From Actinomycetota bacterium (GTDB lineage: Bacteria; Actinomycetota; Acidimicrobiia; IMCC26256): a DNA stretch of 40,179 nucleotides. How positions within the stretch are numbered: position 1 is the stretch's first letter; every line of letters starts with the position of its first letter. Made by a program: the position numbers and the translations under genes. This document shows positions 34,605 to 40,179 of this stretch, piece after piece. Location of the stretch: positions 1 through 40,179 of the forward strand of contig WLHA01000001.1 of NCBI GenBank assembly GCA_009702955.1, read 5' to 3'. Under the pieces are notes generated by a model. It saw nothing but the letters and a program-made list of their open reading frames with translations, was not told the DNA's origin and did not search any database.

Positions 34605-35872
34605 TGAAGAACGCAACCGCTAATAAGCCGCGACGTCTTGGCCGCTGGGGCCGCCCAGCCGCAATCTTTGCAATTCTTGGCCCTGGGCTCATTGCCGCCA
34701 ATGCTGGCAATGACTCGGGAGGAATCGCCACCTACTCGTCTGCTGGTGCGCAGTTTGCCTATAAGCCACTATTTCTGGCTGTAGTAATCACGCTAATGCT
34801 CATCGTTGTTCAAGAGATGGCCGCTCGTGTTGGCACCTTCGGAGGAGGTGGCATCATGGCTCTAGTTCGAGAGCAATTCAGTCTCCGCATTGGTGCATTC
34901 GCCGTTTTCTGTATCTTGGTCGCGAACCTCGGTCTCGTGGTCTCTGAGTTCGCAGGAATCGGCGCAGCTCTTGAACTGTTCGGTGTCAGCCGTTACATAT
35001 CAGTGCCGATATCAGCGCTTATCTTGATTGGTGTTGTTGTATTCGGTTCATATCGTTGGGCTGAGCGAATCTTCCTAACATTTGCGCTCGCATTCCTCGC
35101 ATATCCGTTCGCGATGATTCTCTCGCACCCGAATTGGAGTGAGGTTGTCTCAAATGCAGTCATTCCACATTTTGTTGGGAGCAAAGCTTTCTTACTAATG
35201 GCTATTGCACTAGTTGGTACAACAATCACGCCATATATGCAGCTCTATCAAGCAGCAGCTGTTGCGGATAGTGGCGCAGGTCCAGATGATTATCCTCGTG
35301 TACGCACCGATGCTGTGGGCGGGGCAATCATTGCTGGCCTCATCTTCATCTGTATTTTGATTGCGACCGCCGCCACTATCGGTGGAACCGGGCCGCTGAA
35401 TTCAGCGGCTCAAGCCGCAAAGGCTCTTGAGCCAGTTGCAGGGGCAGGGGCCGAGGTGCTGTTTGGTATCGGGCTCCTAGGTGCGTCGGCATTAGCAGCA
35501 GCCGTTGTTCCACTATCGACTGCATATGGACTCGCTGAAGCGGTAGGCGCCGAGCGCTCAGTCTCTAGGCGCTTCTCAGAGGCACCACTATTTCTTGGCC
35601 TATTTGCAGCGCAGGTAGTGATCGGCGCGATGGTCGCTCTGATCCCGGTGAACCTCTTTGCGCTGCTGATTGGAATGCAAATATTGAACGGATTAATTAC
35701 GCCGATCATTCTTGGTTTTCTCTACGTATTATCTAATCGTCGATCCGTTGTAGGCGACGCAATTAGTTCGCCGATGAATAAGGCGATCTCTCTGCTTTGT
35801 GTTGGGGTCGTCTCGACGCTTGCTGTAGTCGTAGTTGGTGTGACCGTAGGAGGATGGTTCGGGGTCGTATAG
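34604..35872 (+). CDS. Nramp-related divalent cation transporter, NRMT (Mg2+) type
   Basis: GPGLIAANAGNDSGGIATYS in place of MntH DPGN; GTTITPYM in place of GATVMPH; QEMAAR; 1-nt overlap with the upstream gene. Confidence 0.88.
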   Translation: MKNATANKPRRLGRWGRPAAIFAILGPGLIAANAGNDSGGIATYSSAGAQFAYKPLFLAVVITLMLIVVQEMAARVGTFGGGGIMALVREQFSLRIGAFAVFCILVANLGLVVSEFAGIGAALELFGVSRYISVPISALILIGVVVFGSYRWAERIFLTFALAFLAYPFAMILSHPNWSEVVSNAVIPHFVGSKAFLLMAIALVGTTITPYMQLYQAAAVADSGAGPDDYPRVRTDAVGGAIIAGLIFICILIATAATIGGTGPLNSAAQAAKALEPVAGAGAEVLFGIGLLGASALAAAVVPLSTAYGLAEAVGAERSVSRRFSEAPLFLGLFAAQVVIGAMVALIPVNLFALLIGMQILNGLITPIILGFLYVLSNRRSVVGDAISSPMNKAISLLCVGVVSTLAVVVVGVTVGGWFGVV

Positions 35873-35881
35873 CGACCACCA

Positions 35882-37060
35882 CTAGTTCTTAAGGCATTTT
35901 CCAGTGCTTACGGTACCGGGACCGACCGTCTTAAGCACTTCACGAATTTCACTTGGGTCAAGTGCATAACTCGTATGTGGGAGTCGCGGATCAATAGCGA
36001 ATGACAACCCTACAAATTGACCCGATCGCGATACCACTGGTCCACCGGAATCTCCAGGTACGAGGTCGGCTGCCAGAATCAATACCTTCCTAGACCAGTT
36101 ACCTTTCCCGTATAGGTCAGCACCAGTTGCCTTAATCTGATCGACTATGCGACCACCCTCGACCCTAAGTTCACGCCCGCCTGGATACCCGAAAATGGCC
36201 ACCGTTGATTTTGTTATAGGTGTTGAGATGCTCAATGGCTTGATATTCAAACTCTTTATACGTAGCACTGCTATGTCGCGCCTAGGGTCAAACGCCACTA
36301 CCTCGGCCCTGCGCCGGAACTCCCCATTGCTAACAGAGGTTGTGCCGCTCTCCCCTGCAATTACGTGAGCATTTGTCACCACAAGATTCTTGGCGATCAC
36401 CACCCCCGTACCGTCTTGAATCAACGTGCATGCACGGCCCTCCACTCGCAACGTTGCTGCTGAGACATCGTCAACAATTGATTGACTTAGGCTTGGTGCC
36501 TTCGGCGGGTTGACGCTCTGCGCTGTGCCTTGCTCGGCATTTGGAGTTCCTAGCTCATTCTCCTTGGCTAAGCGGAAGGTCTCGGCGGCCTCAGAGATTG
36601 CGTGGGGAATGTGCGGTCCGTGCTGCTCGAGTGCTTTAAGAATCGCCGAGCCATTTGAGATTTCTACTGGCCAATAACGCGTGGCCGTTACAACCGGCGT
36701 TAAAGACCAGGTGATGAAAGCGATAGTTGCGACGCCCGCAAGAGCACCAAGAGTCCGGTCGAAAGGTATAAAACGTGTCCTAGCGGCATTATTTGAGCTT
36801 CGCAGCGCTCTAGTTAACGCGCTTAAGAGAAATGCGCCTAAGAAGGAACAGATGAAAACGGTTGCGAAGGGTGCAGCGAAGGCCGTGGTATCGCTGCCAT
36901 TTGCGAACCTATCTGCAACCGATGGCATCAGAGCAGTTGCTAATACCCCGCCGAGAAAAACTCCCAACCAAACTGCGAAGTGACGAAAGAACCCAAGTCG
37001 AGACCCAGCCATCGCAGCCAGTATGGCTGCGCAAATAAGCGCTAAGTCCAGTGCGTTCAC
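35882..37060 (-). CDS. marP: MarP-family membrane serine protease (CvpA-like TM + trypsin domain)
   Basis: MNALDL N-terminus, DR.LGA, triad TNAHV / DIAVL / GDSGGP, GYPGG. Confidence 0.88.
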   Translation of the reverse strand: MNALDLALICAAILAAMAGSRLGFFRHFAVWLGVFLGGVLATALMPSVADRFANGSDTTAFAAPFATVFICSFLGAFLLSALTRALRSSNNAARTRFIPFDRTLGALAGVATIAFITWSLTPVVTATRYWPVEISNGSAILKALEQHGPHIPHAISEAAETFRLAKENELGTPNAEQGTAQSVNPPKAPSLSQSIVDDVSAATLRVEGRACTLIQDGTGVVIAKNLVVTNAHVIAGESGTTSVSNGEFRRRAEVVAFDPRRDIAVLRIKSLNIKPLSISTPITKSTVAIFGYPGGRELRVEGGRIVDQIKATGADLYGKGNWSRKVLILAADLVPGDSGGPVVSRSGQFVGLSFAIDPRLPHTSYALDPSEIREVLKTVGPGTVSTGKCLKN

Positions 37061-37839
37061 TCAATCGGCGCTAACAGGCGCGCATGTGTCAGAAATCCAG
37101 TGTGTGCAACCATCCGGTGGTCGGGTCGAATCGACTGCCCTTCAACATGCCACGTTCGGTGAAGAACCTCTAGGGACTCCAACATCCCAAAGGCAGAGTC
37201 TTCAAGCCGCTCTCTCAGCAGCCCTACTTGGCCGATAGTCGGTAGGTAGGAGAGCAATATTCCACCAGGGCTCAAGCACTGCTCGGCGTGCTCCACTACA
37301 CGCCAAGGCTCTGGAAGATCTAGAACAATCCGATCGATTCCTTCAGCCGGTATGCCTTCATAAATATCACGCACTTCGATCTCCAAAGGAATGTCCGTAC
37401 CGAGGAACCCCTCAACATTCTTTCGCGCTGTAGCGGCGAAGTCTTCTCGAATCTCGTAACCAAGCACGCTCCCGGACGCACCTACTGCGCGCAGGAGGGT
37501 CATTGTTAGCGCACCAGATCCGACACCCGACTCAAGGACACGCGCTCCTGGAAAGATATCCGCAAGCATGAGAATCGGCCCTAGATCCTTTGGATAAATG
37601 ACCTGAGCGCCACGTGGCATCTTCAAGATGTACTCAGAGAGAGTGGGCCTGAAAGCCGTCAGTTTGGAGCCGCGTGTGGTGCGCGCAACAGTGCCCTCAG
37701 GCTTCCCTATGAGCAGTGAGTGAGGGAGAACACCAGTATGAGTATGGAACTCTCCCTCAGCGCTCAAGGTGAGCATGTGCCGACGGCGCTTATTGTCCTC
37801 GAGGAGGATTGTGTCGCCAATAGCTAATGGTCGAGCCAT
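37057..37839 (-). CDS. trmI: tRNA (adenine58-N1)-methyltransferase
   Basis: MPRGAQVIYPKD, VLESGVGSGALT, YEIREDFA, LDLPEPW, RPDHRMVAHTGFL. Confidence 0.95.
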   Translation of the reverse strand: MARPLAIGDTILLEDNKRRRHMLTLSAEGEFHTHTGVLPHSLLIGKPEGTVARTTRGSKLTAFRPTLSEYILKMPRGAQVIYPKDLGPILMLADIFPGARVLESGVGSGALTMTLLRAVGASGSVLGYEIREDFAATARKNVEGFLGTDIPLEIEVRDIYEGIPAEGIDRIVLDLPEPWRVVEHAEQCLSPGGILLSYLPTIGQVGLLRERLEDSAFGMLESLEVLHRTWHVEGQSIRPDHRMVAHTGFLTHARLLAPIE

Positions 37840-37841
37840 TA

Positions 37842-38774
37842 TTAGTCCTTCCGACCAATTGAGACTGGTGTCTCAGATATCACGCGATTGCGAAGTGCGC
37901 AGAATGCGCAGCGAGTACCAGTTGTTGGGGAGCCACATTCGTCGCATGAATTGAGCTCACCCTTCTCAACATGCGCAGCGTCCTTGAAATGATCGTGCCC
38001 ACGGGAGAAAAAGGAACTTAGAAAAGCTGCCTTCGCCCCTGGGGAGCGCTGCTCAAGACTATTTAGAACTTCTTTGTAGCCCAGATGCCGATTCCCTTCC
38101 GCCATTGGGCATTCCTCAACTTGGTAATCGATATCAAGAAGAACGCAGTATGCGGCCATCTCGCGTTCACCCATCTTTACTAAAGGCTTTACTTTTTTGG
38201 CGAAGCCGTCTGCTGCGGGGAGGACCGGATACTGACGCCCCAAGTAACCAGGCTCCCAGTGAAGAACATTCCCCAGCAAAACGGCAGCCTCGTCATCGAG
38301 GTTATGTCCGGTAGCGAGAACGTCATATCCTCCGTCAAGCGCAGCCTTGTTGAAAAGGTGGCGCTTAGATAGGCCACATGAGCTGCAAGGTGCTCGGTTT
38401 GTTCGGCTCGCCGCTGTTGGAATGTCATACCCATAGTCGCTAGGTAGAGAAACCTCGACGAGCGTGTATCCATGCGCCTGAGCAAAAGCTCGAGTCCTTA
38501 CTCCGGATTCATCTGAGTAATCCCCGATCCCTAGACCTATATAAAGCCCATCGGCTCTGTACCCAAGCTCAGAGAGGATGTGCCACAACGCCAGCGAATC
38601 CTTGCCGCCGGAGACCGCTACGAGAATATTGTCATCAGGCCCAAACATCTTGAACTCGTCGATAGCCTTCTTAACCTGCTCTTTGCAGTGGTGTAGAAAA
38701 CAATCTCGACAGAATGCTGCGTTATGGCGCCGAATATCAATTACTGCTGGCGCCTTACACCTACGACATTTCAC
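37842..38774 (-). CDS. ttuA: TtuA/Ncs6-family tRNA 2-thiolation sulfurtransferase
   Basis: N-terminal Zn finger CRRC...H...C..C, PP-loop SGGKDS, CSSC..SKR, GHNLDDE, CP, C-terminal CDEC...CAFC. Confidence 0.88.
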   Translation of the reverse strand: MKCRRCKAPAVIDIRRHNAAFCRDCFLHHCKEQVKKAIDEFKMFGPDDNILVAVSGGKDSLALWHILSELGYRADGLYIGLGIGDYSDESGVRTRAFAQAHGYTLVEVSLPSDYGYDIPTAASRTNRAPCSSCGLSKRHLFNKAALDGGYDVLATGHNLDDEAAVLLGNVLHWEPGYLGRQYPVLPAADGFAKKVKPLVKMGEREMAAYCVLLDIDYQVEECPMAEGNRHLGYKEVLNSLEQRSPGAKAAFLSSFFSRGHDHFKDAAHVEKGELNSCDECGSPTTGTRCAFCALRNRVISETPVSIGRKD

Positions 38775-38971
38775 AGTGCCCCACCAGAGATCACGGGGCG
38801 GAGTTCAATTTCGTCGTCGTCAGAGAAACGCGTATCGCGTGGTACGAGAGTGCCGTTGCAGATGATCAGGACAGTCTCAGGGTTGATCTCGAGACGGCGA
38901 AGCAGGGAGTCAGCGACCATAGGCCCTTGAATCTCAATCTCGCGACGCGGATTACGGAGAATCACCTTCAT
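38771..38971 (-). CDS. ttuB: MoaD/ThiS-family ubiquitin-like sulfur carrier (TtuB-like), ending ISGG-AL
   Basis: 66 aa beta-grasp pattern, NG.LV..D.....D.IE...VISGG; GTGA overlap with ttuA. Confidence 0.85.
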   Translation of the reverse strand: MKVILRNPRREIEIQGPMVADSLLRRLEINPETVLIICNGTLVPRDTRFSDDDEIELRPVISGGAL

Positions 38972-39012
38972 TTGCTGAGAGCGTTCGGAGAGATTTCTAG
39001 GGCATTGATCAT
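38968..39012 (-). CDS. Putative leaderless 14-aa uORF (MINALEISPNALSK) coupled to ttuB
   Basis: TACTCT (39024-39019), 6 nt, ATG (39012); its TGA overlaps the ttuB ATG (ATGA); ttuB has no SD of its own. Confidence 0.45.
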   Translation of the reverse strand: MINALEISPNALSK

Positions 39013-39073
39013 GCGGGAAGAGTAACCGGATTTCCCTAGGTTTTCGGTGCTGGGACGGGCAGGCAACCCGGTC

Positions 39074-39274
39074 CTAATCTCCGCGCCGGATACCAACAAT
39101 TTCGTAACGTGCTCCGGGTTCAACCTTGAACTTCAAGACTGTTCTATTTCTAGTCTTTAGGCGTCGGGCTAGAAAACGAAGCACAACATAGGAGATACCT
39201 AAGGTACGTCTAGCTGTCTGGCGCCTCGCTGAATAGGAAATTAGCGATACGACCGCGCCTCGAACAGGCTTCAT
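39074..39274 (-). CDS. Small basic hypothetical protein
   Basis: 66 aa, ATGA overlap with the upstream gene; third gene of a coupled small-ORF cluster. Confidence 0.6.
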   Translation of the reverse strand: MKPVRGAVVSLISYSARRQTARRTLGISYVVLRFLARRLKTRNRTVLKFKVEPGARYEIVGIRRGD

Positions 39275-39483
39275 ACGCGTCGGATCTCGACAATCGTGGC
39301 GAGACGCTTTCCTCTGCGGCGACCAATTAGGAAGACAGCAACTACAAGCACGCCTAAGGCAATTGCTCCAACAGTGATAGCGGTGCCTTTGGTGGACTCA
39401 AGCTCGTCACCGACGCTCCCGGTGATCTCGTTGAGTTTATTGCGAATATCTTCTGGGGAGATTCGTTTGTCGTCGGTAGTCAT
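39271..39483 (-). CDS. Small tail-anchored membrane protein (DUF3618/YqjD-like)
   Basis: ISPEDIRNKL helix, C-terminal TM followed by GRRRGK; ATG 39483 overlaps the upstream stop. Confidence 0.7.
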   Translation of the reverse strand: MTTDDKRISPEDIRNKLNEITGSVGDELESTKGTAITVGAIALGVLVVAVFLIGRRRGKRLATIVEIRRV

Positions 39484-39803
39484 CGAGAGCTTCCTTCCCG
39501 GCGACGCGTAGTCGCCTTCCACGTGATGTAACCGCTAATCCCCAGGATCAACACAACGATCAGATACGGCGCCCAAGACCAAACTCCTTCAAACGCCGAC
39601 CCTGTTTCTTCTTGGAGAAGCCTGAGCAATCCAACCGCAGCGCAGACCACGCCGATGCCGATTAGTAGCCAAGCTGCCAATCCAAATGCGACGTAGCCAG
39701 CAAGCCCTTTGAGCTCATCGGTTGTCTCCTGCTTAAAGTATCCGACTACAAGCTCTTTTAACTCAAGACCTTGCTGCGGGAGAGGTTTGCTACGTGGGGC
39801 CAC
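39480..39803 (-). CDS. Two-TM membrane protein (YqjE/phage_holin_3_6-like)
   Basis: ELKELVVGYFKQET..LK helix then two TM segments with W.WAPY; start uncertain (GTG 39803 or TTG 39839). Confidence 0.65.
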   Translation of the reverse strand: MAPRSKPLPQQGLELKELVVGYFKQETTDELKGLAGYVAFGLAAWLLIGIGVVCAAVGLLRLLQEETGSAFEGVWSWAPYLIVVLILGISGYITWKATTRRREGSSR

Positions 39804-39845
39804 GGTGCGAGTCTGTCCTGTGGAGGGTGCTCTGAGCAAACGGGG

Positions 39846-40178
39846 TCATGGATTCCCGGGCAACGGGAGCCCATCGAGTGAAATTGGGGCGTCTGGGAAG
39901 CGTGAAATAATTTTCGCTATCGCCTCACGCTTCGCATATGCCTGCTGCTCGGAGAACGAACCGTTAAGGATCAGTGCGAAGAGAAGAGGCCTTCGTACAT
40001 CGAGATGGCCAGCGAGAGCTGACACTCCATTAAGTGTCCCTGTCTTGGCGACCAAGTGCCCTACAAGTTCTGTACCGGCGAGGCGTGGAGCAAGGGTGCC
40101 CCTCACGCCAGCAATCGCAAGGCCGCTCTTGATTACCTGAGTCTTACGCCTCTCCCCTAGATGAAGGACTTCCGTGAG
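39846..40178 (-). CDS. dacB: D-alanyl-D-alanine carboxypeptidase/endopeptidase (peptidase S13), C-terminal part; truncated by window edge
   Basis: Frame open to the window end; [30 protein letters not shown]. Confidence 0.88.
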   Translation of the reverse strand, partial: LTEVLHLGERRKTQVIKSGLAIAGVRGTLAPRLAGTELVGHLVAKTGTLNGVSALAGHLDVRRPLLFALILNGSFSEQQAYAKREAIAKIISRFPDAPISLDGLPLPGNP

Positions 40179-40179
40179 T

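Noticed and set aside
39480-39803. Holin-like gene as evidence of a prophage
   Set aside because: No integrase, lysin or structural phage genes; context is housekeeping (dacB, ttuAB)

Overview
A 40 kb, gene-dense stretch of core chromosome from an actinobacterium; gene content and order suggest class Acidimicrobiia (inference). No mobile element, CRISPR array, rRNA or tRNA was recognised. Left: pgsA2-like gene, gcvH, the conserved FHA(garA)-MerR(ftsR-like)-DUF151-MerR block, gcvT-gcvP and an FKBP. Middle (minus strand): GNAT, lnt, an acidic DUF4193-like Zn-finger protein, tandem-domain thyX, a degenerate DAG-kinase-like gene, helY, tatC and tatA/B. Right: a complete Pup-proteasome locus (arc-dop-pup-prcB-prcA-pafA-DUF3866-pafB-pafC, then lepB), a divergent ferredoxin, a split MgtE-N/CBS + Nramp-related Mg2+ transporter pair, and a ttuB-ttuA-trmI-marP operon. 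The most interesting signals are not in the ORF track: (1) a ~130 nt rod-shaped RNA with a central bubble and GNRA loop between thyX and DUF4193 that resembles a compact Ms1/6S-type RNA-polymerase-binding RNA; (2) a Pro-rich 20-aa leader peptide with a strong SD ahead of the Mg2+ transporter pair, resembling MgtL; (3) a sigma28/WhiG-type promoter driving an uncharacterised Zn-ribbon gene upstream of tat; (4) a ubiquitin-like sulfur carrier with a masked C-terminus (GG-AL), coupled to a leaderless 14-aa uORF, in a thermophile-type tRNA T-loop modification operon. All family assignments come from motif recognition by eye; no searches were run.
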